A program made the translations under genes and the position numbers. 64,000 nt of DNA from NCBI RefSeq assembly GCF_030684315.1, contig NC_081369.1, positions 41,692,630 through 41,756,629 on the forward strand, read 5' to 3'. Source of the stretch: Stegostoma tigrinum. Lineage: Eukaryota. Of this stretch, positions 50,481 through 62,899 are shown piece after piece; positions within the stretch are counted from its first letter, which is position 1, and each line of letters opens with the position of its first letter. The notes below the pieces were generated by a model that was given only the letters and a program-made list of their open reading frames with translations, was not told the DNA's origin and ran no database searches.

Positions 50481-52530
50481 GTATGGACAAGGTGAATGAG
50501 GGCAGCTGTTCCCTTTAGTTGGGGAGTCGGTCACAAGAGAGCATAGTTTTAGGGTAAGGGGTAGAAGATTTAGAGGTGATTTGGTTAAGGAAAAACCTTT
50601 TCACTCATGAGGTGGTGGGAATTTGGATGCACTGCCTGGGAAGGTAATGAATACTGAAACCTCACAACATTTAAAATATTTGGATGAGTATGTCAAGGAT
50701 ACTGGGACAAGTGCAGGAAATTGGTATCAATGGGATATCAATTGGTATATGAATGGGAATTCAGAGGAATTCTAAGGTAAGTAACTTCCCTCAATTTCTC
50801 AAAGCTGATATATCATTTACAAGGCTCAAGGCATGAATGTATTAGAAAACTGTCTGCTTGCTTGGTCAAGTACAGTTCCAATAATATCCAAGAAGCAAGA
50901 CACCATACAAGATAATGCCTTTTTGATTCGTACCTCATGCATAACTAGGAACTTTCACTCCCTCCAGTACCATTACAAACAGTCAGCACTGTATACAGCT
51001 GCGAGCTGCAGTGCATGAACTAATCAATGCTCTTTCAAAAAGTAACATCAAAATCTGCAATCTCTGACACCTAGAAGAAGGGTGGCAGACTTATGGGAAC
51101 ATAAGCCAATCCAAGTTTCCAACCAAGGCACACTCCATCCTGACTTGGAACTACATCAACCTTCCTTCACTAATGCTGGAAACCTTTAACAGTACTGATG
51201 TGCACGCACAAGAGAAGTTGCAGCAATTCAACAAGATGGCTCACCACCATCCTCTCAGGGAAAATTAGAGATGGTGGGCCTGCATTCCAAAGTTAAATAA
51301 AGTAAAATACACAGCCTCATTATAATATTTAAAATGCTAACCTCTCTGGACAAGGAGATATGCTAGAGCCCAAAAACTGGAGTAAAGGGCCCCAGGCGGG
51401 GAAGACACTGTGTTTCGGCAAAGGGACTTGAGCCAAGCTAAGGTGTACAAAACTACAAGGATATAGACAGGAAGAAATTATTCCCCTTAGTAAAGAGTCA
51501 ATAACCAGGGGTCACAGTTTTAAGGTAAGGGCAGGTAGGCTGGAGAGAATTTGATGGGGTAACTTACTGGCTGAAAAGGGTGCTAAGGGCAGGAACCCCT
51601 ACAATATTTAAGAGCTATTTACATGAACACTTAAAATGCCATAACATATAAGGCTATGGGATAACTGCTGGAAAATGGAATCAGAGTAGACACGTGCTTG
51701 ATGAGTGGTCTGGGCATAATGGACCTCTTTCCATGCTGTAAAAACTCCATAACTCCATTATATTGTTTGGAATTACCAACCCTCCTAGGATTTCAGACAT
51801 GTTATTCTCTTTCTTTGCAGAGATGTTCTATAGCAAATATTTAAGTAATTTTTCATAAAGATACAGCTAGATAAGTAACTAAAACTTAAGATATAGCTCA
51901 TCTGAATAACCACTTGTGTGGAACACTAAGCAGATCAGAACTATTTATTTAAAACTTCAAAATAGTTCATCATGGTAGTGGACTTTAATTTAATGTCATA
52001 TGCAGTGACAGAATGATTTATATCAAAACTAAAACTTTAACATTTCATATGCGTGGCAAGCTATGAAGAATATATTATCAAGTTGGCACTTGGGTACAAT
52101 CAGAGAACTTGATCAGTGCGCTATATATGAAATGATCATACATGCAGTGGAAATGTTTAACAGCACTCAATCTTAGATTAAAAACTTGGCCAGCGTTTTA
52201 AATATTAAACAGATTCTGGCCAACGGATATACATTTTTAAAAAAGTCTCTGCACACTTCACGTTCACAGAGGTGTACTGCTAAAGTAGAAAACCCATAGA
52301 TTTACCACTGAAAATGCAGGGTAACAGAGCTCCTCAAAATAATCACTACTGTATAACAGTAACATGTGTACATTTTTACTTCTCAAAAGATTACTTCCTC
52401 ATAGCAGAATTCCTCACTCTCGTGTTGCCGAATTTGATAACTCAGTTAAGATCAATAATTTGTCATGCCTGCAAAACCACAGCCTCAATAGTACATCTTT
52501 TCTTAAATGTGTTATGAAGTACTATTTTAC

Positions 52531-52602
52531 CTTTCATTGTTTCTTCAAAAGAACATGGAGGGACAGGAATTTCTTTCTTCACATTTACGTCTGAGGAACT
52601 TG
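52531..52602 (-). CDS. NFAT5: NFAT5 small coding exon (post-IPT linker, VKKE motif)
   Basis: Acceptor tgtttcag|, donor |gtaaaa; 72 nt, phase 1-1. Translates ASSSDVNVKKEIPVPPCSFEETMK (human counterpart as recalled: [22 protein letters not shown]). Confidence 0.94.
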
Positions 52603-53149
52603 CTGAAACACAAATAGAATACATACTGAATTTTTTCAACACTCAATATTTTGTCCAGTATTCCTTTTGCTAAACATTATAACTATTCACCTTTATACAT
52701 TGCACATTTATTTCTCTATGAAGACAGCACAAACAAGAATCAAATTACTATATAATACTGAAATCATTTAACCAGATATTTGTATTCAGATGAAGCATTT
52801 AAAATATTAAAATAATATTTTCCCAGGTCGTAGATTGTACTTAATACCAAAGAAGTCCATGCTCTTCTACTTTGTGGCTTGATCACAGTCAAACAACCTC
52901 ACAGGGCACGTATAAATACAATATTCCCTTTAACAAGCAAATAATAAGATCAGTTTCTGAATTTCCTGATTTAGGATTTATTTACCAATAGTTTTGGTTT
53001 AGCTCAGGAGGCTGGCCAGCTGGTTTGCAAAGCAGAGTCATGCAAGCAAGCGAGCAACTCTACAACTTCATCCACCACCCAAGCTACAAATCTTCTCAAA
53101 AGCTACTTCAATTTTCACTAAAAATCGTTGTGGTGGGTCCATCAGCAGG

Positions 53150-54300
53150 ATCATGTTATTCTGGAGTAGACTGAGGATGGAGACAAATTCGTGAGCGTTG
53201 CCAAATTTAAGGGTGATACTCCATAAATGTTCAAAATCAGAACAAAGGCATGTGAGAAGTCAAAAAAAAAGGCCATTTGTAGCCAACAGTGATTCCCATG
53301 TTTTTGGGACAAATTCCTTGGCCATGGGGCAGCTGAGGAGCATTCTTGCAATGATCTTCCCTTTAGCAAAAGAAGATATCCCCCAGTTGGACTTGTCACA
53401 TTGATTGAATATAGTCACGTTCACAGCTTCCTTCATTTCCACAACATGCATTTTTTGCTTCTTTGAGTGATATGAAATTGTGCAGCATGCCGGAAGTGCA
53501 TCCCCATTGTGTTTCAAAATTAGAGGAATTCCTACAGCTCAAAGGCTGCATTGTTTTTGAGAAGTTGAAATTCTTTTCAACTTTACTGTAGATTGGAATA
53601 ACACTGAGACAAGCCACAAAGGGTGTTCCGGAATGGAGTTGAGGATTTTTGAGTCAAAGACAGGCCTCTCAGCTTGAACCCTTAAATGTCCTCTCAAGTA
53701 CACAGTGACTGTCTCCCTGTCCTTGATGACCCCCCCTCTATGCTTGGTTGTCAGCAGTGTGGGGTGAGTGCTTGGGACATAAATCATTTTGACAGCATTG
53801 AGGAAGCTGTGTTTCCTTGATGTTTGCAAGTTTTTACATTTCTCACACTTTCAGCCAAGCATTTTTCTGTAATATTGTGCATTTGATGCCATACCACTGC
53901 TTTCAGATGCCTGTATAAATGGAGTTTTAAATAAATGGGCTGTGCAGCTTCCAGTCAATGAAAGCCTTGGGCTTAAACTCAATTAAGTCCTGTAGTTCAT
54001 GGATTATCTTTAATCAAATCAGTCACAATGCTTTCTGACAGATTAGAGCAAATGTCTCTTCTTTGCAAGTGCTGGTTTTGGATGATCTTTGGGCCATTCA
54101 GGCACTATGGGTACACTGTACCGACCAGTGGCTGGAAGTTGAGAGTTGACAGTATGGCACCAACTGAGAAGAGTTGCCGAGGTGAGATTTTCAAGGCCAT
54201 GATAAATTTTAGTGCGGCAAGCTCCAATTGCCTCCATCAATTAGGGTCACACTGATTAAAACAGTAGATCAGATGGGTCAATGTCAGTGCAGCAGTCATT
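53150..54300 (-). pseudogene. Probable decayed hAT/ZBED-type DDE transposase
   Basis: Frameshifted pieces in the expected order: SESIVTDLIKDNP; ETQWGCTSGMLHNFISLKEA (cf. TRWNSTYDMLERFLxLK); IIARMLLSCPMA (cf. hAT dimerisation LARxxLSxPA). No TIRs identified. Confidence 0.5.
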
Positions 54301-54599
54301 ACCACCTATCATTGTGCTAGAAAATCATTGCCTTAGCGCAATCCAGCAATTTAAATGCTAATTCAGGAATTCCCAAACTAAATTTGTCCCTCTCCCATAC
54401 AAAATTCTGTTTGAGTACATGTGTATTCTTCCATGGAATGACTGTCTATTTTCTGAAATGTATCGAATTCCCTCGAGGCAGGGATGAGCTTCAATAATTC
54501 ACATTTCTTGTAAATTTCTCAAGAACTTTAATAAAATAGTCAAATCATCTTCACTGTTCAATCAATGGGCCTCTGTTGTTTCCCTCAAATCCTTTGTGG

Positions 54600-54908
54600 G
54601 ATTAGATTCCCTGCAATGTGGAAACAGGCCCTTCAGCCCAACAAGTCCACACCGCCCCTTGAAGCATCCCACCCAGACCCATCCCCCTATAACCCACACA
54701 CCCCTGAACACTACGGGCAATTTAGCATGGCCAATCCACCTAACCTGCACATCTTTGGACTGTGGGAGGAAACCAGAGCGCCCAGAGGAAACCCACGCAG
54801 ACATGGGGAGAATGTGCAAACTCCACACAGACAGTTGCCAAGGCTGGAATTGAATCCGGGTCCCTGGCACTGTGAGGCAGTGCTAACCACTGAGCCACCG
54901 TGCCGCCC
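54600..54908 (-). mobile_element. HE1-type V-SINE (tRNA-derived)
   Basis: Head gggcggcacggTGGCTCAGTGGttag..GGATTCAATTCC (A and B boxes); V-domain gtgtggagtttgcacattctccccatgtctgcgtgggtttcctc; CR1/HER1-like tail. Confidence 0.92.
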
Positions 54909-55934
54909 AAAATTCGAGTGTTACTGGCAAAGCCAGCATATGCTGATCATCTCCAACTGCCCTTGAATTATGTGCCTTTCCAGAGCAGAGACAATCCAGC
55001 ACACTGCTATGTGTCTGAAGTCACATGTAGGCTAGAAAAGGTAAGTACAGCAGATTTTCTTCCGAAAAGTCATTTGTGAGCCAAATGAATTCTTACGACA
55101 TCAATAATAATTTTATGTCACCATAACTAAGGCTAGTTTTCAATTCCAGGTTGTACTAACTGAATTAAAATTCCATCAATTTCTGTGATATGATTTGAAT
55201 CCAAGTCTTCAGAGTTCAGACTATCTCCGTAGTCTTACAAAATAATTAAATTCCAATTTAACTTAAGTGACACTGCCAAGATGAGAATTCAAAATATATA
55301 TGATATATATGCATATGGATGGAGCCCAAATATATTCCTACAGTTGTATAATCCTTGCAAAAATCTCATTACTAGAGCAACCAGTCCAGGGATACAGGCA
55401 CTACCAGTGTGTCTCAAGACATAAGGATATTAACTGGTTAATTACATCACTTGCATACAATTAACCACAAATATACAATCAACAATTGTCCATGTGCAAA
55501 TAAACCTGATTTTGCCTGATTCAATGTGTGATGAACTAAATGCAATCCACTGGCTATATTTGGTCATTCCTGCCACAAGAGATTTGCCAAATTTAAGAGA
55601 AAAGGAAAAATAATATAGAGATAATGGGGTTTTTGATGGAACCCAGAATATATTAAAGTAAGTTAAGAAAGAATTACCTAGAAGAATTATGTTAAATCAT
55701 ATGTAAAACTTAGTAAATTAGGTTTGTCAAAATGTTGCTATAATCTAGTGACACCAACAGACTGCTGTCACTGCTTTTCCAACTGGCTGCATCAGTAACC
55801 AACTAGGCCAACTAAGGTACTAATCAATTAAATTATCAAATTTATTTGTACTTGATTTATCATGGCCTTTGCTCTCCAAGTTCAAACATTTAAACAGACA
55901 ATGAAGCAAAGACATTGTGTTGAACTTCACTAAC

Positions 55935-56067
55935 CTGGATCAGGGGTGAAAGTGAAAGGTTGCATTTCATGTGACCTTCCAGCATTGGTTACGATATAAA
56001 TTCCAACTGAAACAGGTGATGTAATGTGTGGATTGTGATATGGAGGAACCTTAACAATTAGATGATT
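55935..56067 (-). CDS. NFAT5: NFAT5 coding exon (IPT domain, part 3)
   Basis: Acceptor ttttcaaag|, donor |gttag; 133 nt, phase 0-1. Translates [44 protein letters not shown]. Confidence 0.97.
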
Positions 56068-56549
56068 CTTTGAAAAGAAACAAAACAAAAATCACATACG
56101 GTGAATAGGTAACATTATTAATCTCAAATTCTTTTAAGAATGCATTAAAAATTGCCCATTTAGAGACAAAACAATATAGATAAATGCAACAAATATTGCT
56201 TAAAGGGCAAGAAATACAGTGGAACATTCAGCCTACAAACTTCAAACATGGAAGGGTGTGAAAAACAATGGTCCTAAATATTGGTTGCACAAATAAATAC
56301 AGCTCCATGGAGTGATAATCTGCTGGAGGGATGATCCAGTCAGGCCATGTGGGTTAAACTGATGAACAAAGGGGCAATCATAATGCTGGGAATGTACTGT
56401 AGACCTCCAGAGTGGGAGACAATGAGACAGAAAAGAGATAGACAGTGGAAGTGTTGGAGAGAAAATATACAAATTTCTCAGATGTGCAAATAATAGGGAA
56501 TTTAATCTGTCCTATTACCAACAGAGTCAGAAATGATGTTACAAGTAAG

Positions 56550-57290
56550 ACCATCAGACATAGGAGTGGAAGTAAGGGCATTCGGCCCATTGAGTCCACT
56601 CCACCATTTAATCATGGCTGATTGGCATTTCAACTCCACTTCCCTGCACTCTCCCCGTAGTCCTTAATTCCTTGTGAGATCAAGAATTTATCAATCTCCA
56701 TCTTGAAGACATTTAACGTCCCAGCCTCCACTGCACTCTGTGGCAACGAATTCCACAGGCCCACCACTCTCTGGCTGAAGAAACATCTCCTCATTTCCGT
56801 TTTAAATTAACCCCCTCTAATTCTAAGGCTGTGCCCATGGGTCCTGGTCTTCCCGCTAAGCCATACATTATCTTGTAAGTTTCTATTATATCTCCCCTCA
56901 ACCTTCTAAACTCTAATGAATACAATCCCAGGATCCTCAGCCATTCATCGTACGTTAAACCTACCATTCCAGGGATCATCCGTGTGAATCTCCGCTGGAC
57001 ACGCTCCAGTGCCAGTATGTCCTTCCTGAGGTGTGGGGCCCAAAATTGGGCACAGTATTCTAAATGGGGCCTAACTAGAGCCTTATAAAGTCTCAGAAGC
57101 ACATCACTGCTTTTATATTCCAAACCTCTTGAGATAAACGACAACATTACATTTACCTTCTTAATCACAGACTCTACCTGCAAGTTAACGTTTAGAGAAT
57201 CCTGGACCAACACTCCCAGATCCCTTTGTACTTCTGCTTTACGAATTTTCCCACCGTTTAGAAAATAGTCCCTGCCTGTATTCTTTAAAG
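56550..57290 (-). mobile_element. Young CR1 3' fragment
   Basis: 177-aa ORF QRDLGVLV..LYKALVRPHLEYCAQFWAP..RLRGDIIETYKI. Confidence 0.93.
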
Positions 57291-57923
57291 TGCAATTAGG
57301 TGAATGAGTCCATAACCAACTCAAAAAAGAAGAAAAAAAATAGCTTCAGGAAATGAAGTTAAGCAGGAGCAAAGGATGTCAGTAGGATAATCAGTTAGAT
57401 GTCATGTTTCCCATTCCATAACCACAATGGGCCAGGAATGAAATTTCTTAGTTAGAAAAGGCTAATTTTACTAAGCTGAGAAGTGATTTAGCTAAAGTGC
57501 ACTGGAAAGAGCTACTTGAATATGAAAGTGCAACAGCAATGACAGGCTTTTCAAAAGAAATAGCGATGGTTCAGAACAGTATGTTTTCATAAAGACAAAT
57601 GGCTGGGACTCCCAAATTTAAATCTGCCTGAGTATCAAAGGCAAACGGGTAGAATGAGGTAAAATAGGAAATCTTATGTCAAATACTTAGAACTCAAGAT
57701 TGCAGAAACCTGAAGGGGAAGAAAATGCAGTGTGAAATTAAAAAGGAAATTAGAAAAGCAAAGAGATGTTATGAAAAATTACTGGCACGTAAACGAAGGA
57801 TAATCCAAAAACATTTTTTCAGTACATAAGGATGAGGAGGAGATGGCAATGAGACATTAAAAGGGTGTCTCACTGCTGACAGTGCACTATTATTTATTAA
57901 AGAAAGGGTGGGATAGGTCAAAA

Positions 57924-58025
57924 CTGAGGAAGGGTCACTGGACCCGAAACGTTAACTCTGATTTTTCTTCTCTGATGCTGCTAGATGTGCTAAGCTTTTC
58001 CAGCAACTTATGTTTTTGTTCAGGA
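57924..58025 (+). mobile_element. Short 3' end of a second Penelope family with a hammerhead core
   Basis: CTGAGGA-A-GGGTC(actg)GACCC-GAAAC-GTT: perfect 5-bp stem II, followed by a gatgctg..tttccagca tail. Confidence 0.7.
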
Positions 58026-59353
58026 ATTACAGCTCAGTCACTTTAACACTGCTGGACAAAATACTTGGCAAAAACATGTAAAAAGAAGCAAATAATCAAG
58101 GTCAGTCATAGATTAGTGTAGAGAAGGTCATGTGTCACTAACGTGTAACAGAGATTCAACAATAGCAAAAGTTATTTTGTTTAATGTTGAGATGAGAGTT
58201 GCTGTCTAGGCCAGCATTTGTTGCTCATTCCTAAATACCCTCATGAGGATGGTTGTCTGCATAGATTTCAAAAAGGCTGCTGACACGTCCAACGTATTAA
58301 ACTAGTTAGAAAAATTTTGAATTTCGAGGGCAAGTGGCAAGCTTGTTCCAAAACTGGTTCTGTAACATAAGGAAAAGTCTGTGGGCTAGAAGTGTTTTTG
58401 TGAAAAGGCAGTAAATCCAGAAAATCTTGTCACATTTAAAAAGTGCTTGAATATTCATTTGAAGTACCATAATCAAAGGCTATCAAGCAAAGGTAGAAAA
58501 GTGGGATTTGGTGGATGCATCTTTTGCAAACATCACAAACACAAGCCCTTTCTATGCTTTTAATTCTTATTCTTTGAAATAGGAGTGAAATTCAAAATGT
58601 AAAGAAAGCTAACCAAACACTGAACCTATAGATGTTTAGTACCAGTGAAAGATCAAAACTTGTTCTGTAAAAAAATTCTTATTAGTGAAGAATTAAACAG
58701 TTTTACGACTTGCTACGGTGGAATATGAATCTAAGACCTCTTGGTTGCCAATCTAGCACCCCGACTATGAGGCTGCCATACTCTTACAGTCGGCTTAGAT
58801 GTAGGATTTTGGACAACATACAGCATACAGTGATGATACGGAGATGGCTGTGAGCTATGAACACCAGAACAGTGGTATCCATTAACATGAAAGTCAGAAA
58901 TGCTGTGTGTCGGAGTACTGGCACAGAGATTCTAGTCTGTGGAAAAGAGGAGATGAGATTTCACTGATATAAACCCAGTACATTAATTTGAGCATCTGGC
59001 CTGACAAAAGCAGAATTAACTTATGAGAGGAAGTGGGGAAAAAATAAAGGTATAGTTGCTGAAAGTGGAGTAGGAGCAGGAGGTAAAAGGGGTGGTGTGG
59101 GAACTATAAAGGACTGAAACAAGACAGGCTTCAGCAATAGATGGTGACAAAAACTGGGAAGAAGATGGAAATCATAAACAATTGCATGATGAAGACAGGA
59201 GTAAGAACAGCATAAAGGACTTGGGTAGAAAGAAATGGGGGGGGGGGGTAAAGTCAAATTTAATAATGTACAAGGATGACGGTATAGGTGAAAGCAGGAT
59301 TTGTGGAGGATGAAGACAAAGCAGAAAAAAAATGGCTGAAGGAGAATTGTATC

Positions 59354-59560
59354 AGATCATGGGAACTGCGGATGCTGGAGAATCCGAGATAACGAAGTGT
59401 GGAGCTGGATGAACACCGCAGGCCAAGCAGCATCTTAAGAGCACAAAAGCTGATGTTTCGGGCCTAGGCTTTTCTGATAAGGGTCTAGGCCCGAAACATC
59501 AGCTTTTATGCTCCTAAGATGCTGCTTGGCCTGGTCATCCAGCTCCACACTTTGTTATCT
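59354..59560. mobile_element. Miniature Penelope-derived fold-back element
   Basis: Inverted pLTR ends around a degenerate hammerhead; TSD atggctgaagga(g/c)aat at 59332-59347 and 59561-59576. Confidence 0.85.
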
Positions 59561-59779
59561 ATGGCTGAAGGACAATCCTTCCCCAGTGTTTTTTTTAAAG
59601 AAAAGGCTTTTTCCAGAAATAAGCTGTAAAAGCCTACTGGTACAAATTTGTACCTACCAGACAGATATTCTGAATTCAACAGTCACTCCTTTAAGCAATC
59701 TGCGCACATCTTATTTTTATGGAAATTGACTCTCAGTGCTCTGTATATTGCACACAGGCAGTAAGCAAATAGTTGATAG

Positions 59780-60060
59780 CTGTCAGCCATAGCTGAATCA
59801 GTAGCGCATCCACCTAGTCAGAAATTTGAGGGCTTATGTCCCATTCCAGTTCTTGAGCACAAAAAGAAAGGCTAACATTTCAATGCAGTACTAAGGAAGT
59901 GCTCTACTGTCAATAGTTCTGTTCTTCAGAGATGATGGTATGCTGAGGCCTTTCAGGTGGTCTAGAATACTCCGTGACATTAAGTTGGTGAGCAAGGGGG
60001 ATGTCTCCAGGTCCTGGAGAATAATCAGTCAGTCAACATACCACTGTCTCAGAGCTTGTG
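59780..60060 (+). mobile_element. Decayed Deu-domain SINE
   Basis: cttgagcacaaaaa..ggctaaca..gcagtactaaggaagtgct matches the element at 37795-38210. Confidence 0.55.
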
Positions 60061-60509
60061 GTCATTTAGACTTCCTACCATGATGAGACAAGATGAATAA
60101 ACAATTTCATCTGCTTCATTTAAATTCCAGTGAACATACAAAGTTATAGTTATGATCATATTTACTTGTTTGCAACAACGTAATTTGCACCACATAATCC
60201 AAACAAAATGAATATCAAGTATTACACAACTTTCATGAATAATCTTTCTTGATGTTGATTTTATTTACTATGCCCCTACCGCGATCTTTTTGCACTCAAT
60301 TGCCCATGCTGTCCTTTTAGCTGTGAAATATTCAGATTCAACAGCCAAACACTAGTGTCAGCTTTAAATAAAGTTCAATCTTCTCTCTCTATCCCTGGCT
60401 TCACCACCCCAGCAGTGGAATTCACTGACTTGATCTGAAAATAAGACCCGCTGAATTCCAATGAATAAAGCAAATGCAGCAGAAAAGTGTGTGAACAATT
60501 AGTGGGATG

Positions 60510-60800
60510 TCAGAGAACAGAGAATAGTACAGCACAGTACAGGCCCTTCAGCCCACAATGTTGTGCCACCCTATTATCTTACTAAGATAAAACTACCCTG
60601 CATACCCTACCTTTTACTATCATCCATGTGCCTATCCAAGAGTCGCTTGCATGTCCTTTAATGGATCGAACTCCACTACCACCGCCAGCAGCACATTCCA
60701 CGCACCCACTACTCTCTATGTAACCTACCTTTGACACCTCCCCTATACCTTTCTCCAATCACCTTAAAATTGTGGCCCCTCGGAATAATGTTTTTTTTTC
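60510..60800 (-). mobile_element. CR1 3' end fragment
   Basis: acagtacagg cccttcagcccacaatgttgtgcc, a CR1 3'UTR in reverse. Confidence 0.8.
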
Positions 60801-60868
60801 CCAGGGCGGAAATGACTATCTTTTATTGGATTAATCACTATGAGTTAACACAACCCTTTTGAAGTATT

Positions 60869-60964
60869 CTGAGCAAGGGTCGCCAGACTTGAAACGTTAA
60901 CTCTAATGTTTTCTTCAGATGCTGCCAGACCTGCTGAGCTTTTCCAGAAGCTTAGATTTTTGTT
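60869..60964 (+). mobile_element. Short Penelope 3' end (second family), degenerate hammerhead
   Basis: ctgagcaagggtcgccagacttgaaacgttaactct..; TSD cctt(t/c)tgaagtatt at 60855-60868 and 60965-60978. Confidence 0.7.
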
Positions 60965-61595
60965 CCTTCTGAAGTATTATTTGTAACTGTGAGCTCTGCT
61001 GCCATAAGTACAACACTTGTTAGATAAGATTTGTTCAATAATAATGTTTGAACATACAGCAGAAAAGTTTCCCCCATATCAGAATATGAAAACCTAGAAT
61101 GCAACACTTAGGTAGTTAGGTTGCACCTAACATAGTTATTTATTTTTTAAAAAAGTATACCTCTTTAACTTGAAGAAAATGCACATTCCAGTCATGATTA
61201 GTATTTGTTATTATGTTGTGTTAAATTATTTTAAAAAGTTTTTCTGAAGTCCAAATTTGCTATTATTTTTCAAAGTAATGGGGACTTGAAGTCATAACAG
61301 GGGATATAATAGTCTTATTTGCAATCAGCTGAATGCCTCTTACAGAACTAACAGACCTATTCAATTTAAACTTGAAGGTGTTGTTTGCAGGAATAAATCA
61401 AAAGATAAAAACATATCAACATTTATAGATAGGTGAATGGTATGACAGGCATAGAAAAACAACATAACAAAACAAGGCAATGTAAATTGGCAACAAGTGA
61501 AAAGATTACAGGAACTAAGTACAATACCACAGAATACAGAATGAATATAAACATTCTTTCCCTTTCATGCAAGTGCTGTGAGCATCTAAACTCAC

Positions 61596-61651
61596 CTGAT
61601 GGAAAAGTTCCATGTCAATTTCAGCTTCTGCTTTCCAAGGATTATTCTCCT
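61596..61651 (-). CDS. NFAT5: NFAT5 small coding exon (IPT domain, part 2)
   Basis: Acceptor cttaactag|, donor |gtgag; 56 nt, phase 1-0. Translates EENNPWKAEAEIDMELFHQ in frame with its neighbours. Not in the ORF track. Confidence 0.96.
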
Positions 61652-62093
61652 CTAGTTAAGATAAGCAATTTTGTTAAAAAGTTAATAAATATTATTCCAA
61701 TGTCAGTATTACATGGTATTACTGTATTTCAAATTTTATTGTGACAGTACTTTTCGTGTGAAGCAGCTTGAGTGCATATTGGTGAATGTCATAGTAAGTG
61801 AGATACAGCTGCACATAGCCTTGAATGGAGACTTGGACACTAAAACATACAGGAGCCAAAGAATTCTCCTCACATTAGCCAAAACCTATCTCCCAAAAAA
61901 GTTCCAAACAGATTACCGGGGCCATACTTGGTTATTAATTTTCAGACAGTTACTGCTCCTCAGTGATAATACCACCCAAGGTGCACGTACTTGTTAATTT
62001 GAGCTATTCATAACATAATGAGTTCAGTAGTTGTTATATAAATGAATACAAACATAAATTTGATAGATTTGTTTCATTACAGCACGAGCTTAC

Positions 62094-62228
62094 CCGAATG
62101 ACTCTCTTGAAAAATAACCTTCGTGCCTTTTAAAAAGTTTTTTCCAATCAGAAATAATTCTTCTCCTCCTTTCACCGTACAACTGTGCAAGCTTTTTTTC
62201 AATATCTCGGGTGCTCCAGCTGGTTGAG
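62094..62228 (-). CDS. NFAT5: NFAT5 coding exon (IPT/RHD-C domain, part 1)
   Basis: Acceptor ..tttaaag|, donor |gtaag; 135 nt, phase 1-1. Translates (x)[44 protein letters not shown], closely matching vertebrate NFAT5 as I recall it ([41 protein letters not shown]). Upstream exons are not in the window. Confidence 0.97.
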
Positions 62229-62899
62229 CTTTAAATAAAATGAAAAGCAAATCTGGTTTATAATCTATCAAGTGGCGAGATTAAAGTTACACAGTAACTT
62301 CAAAATCTTGAAGGATTTACAATCCAACAGTACAATGCAGAAACAATTTTCTTTGGTTCTTTCATCTGTCTGCTAAATTGGGTGAAATAAATTTTAAACT
62401 GCTTACAAAAGTTCTGGAGGGGTTTTAATGACAAAAATTAAGGGTAAGAAATTCTGATAAATGACAAATACGTTATAATAAAAACAAATTAGATTCCCCA
62501 TTCTATCAAGATTCCAATGTAAATTGTATTGTACTGAAAGACATGGAAAATAAACTAAACATCTTCCCAAAGAACCTAGAAAATTCTGAAGGAAACTTCC
62601 ATCACATGGATGTTCCTGACCACTTCTTAGAAGATGTTCAGCTACGGTGCTGTAAAAGGCCTAATATCTGATTACCTCTGCAAATTTTATTTTCCTCCTC
62701 AACAATAAATTTGTTTATTACAGAGTCACAATTTTTGGATTCTTAAATAACCTTTCCTTCTTGAACTGTTTTAATGTCAGTCTGCAGAAGCAGATGTTGT
62801 TCACTATGATTTGTATACTTTACCTCTTCAGTAATCTGATTTTGCCTAGCTGCATGGCCCTAAGAATTAGGAATGACGATATTGGAGTTAGCATGCTTG

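Larger units (their letters stand above)
45190..50720 (+). mobile_element. Host CR1 LINE split by two younger CR1 insertions
   Basis: The sequence reads through at 45497/48355 and at 49840/50494; RT remnants in ORF 49335. Confidence 0.75.

Noticed and set aside
54835-54908. tRNA gene
   Set aside because: The A/B boxes belong to the HE1 SINE head; there is no complete cloverleaf and it is followed by the V-domain.
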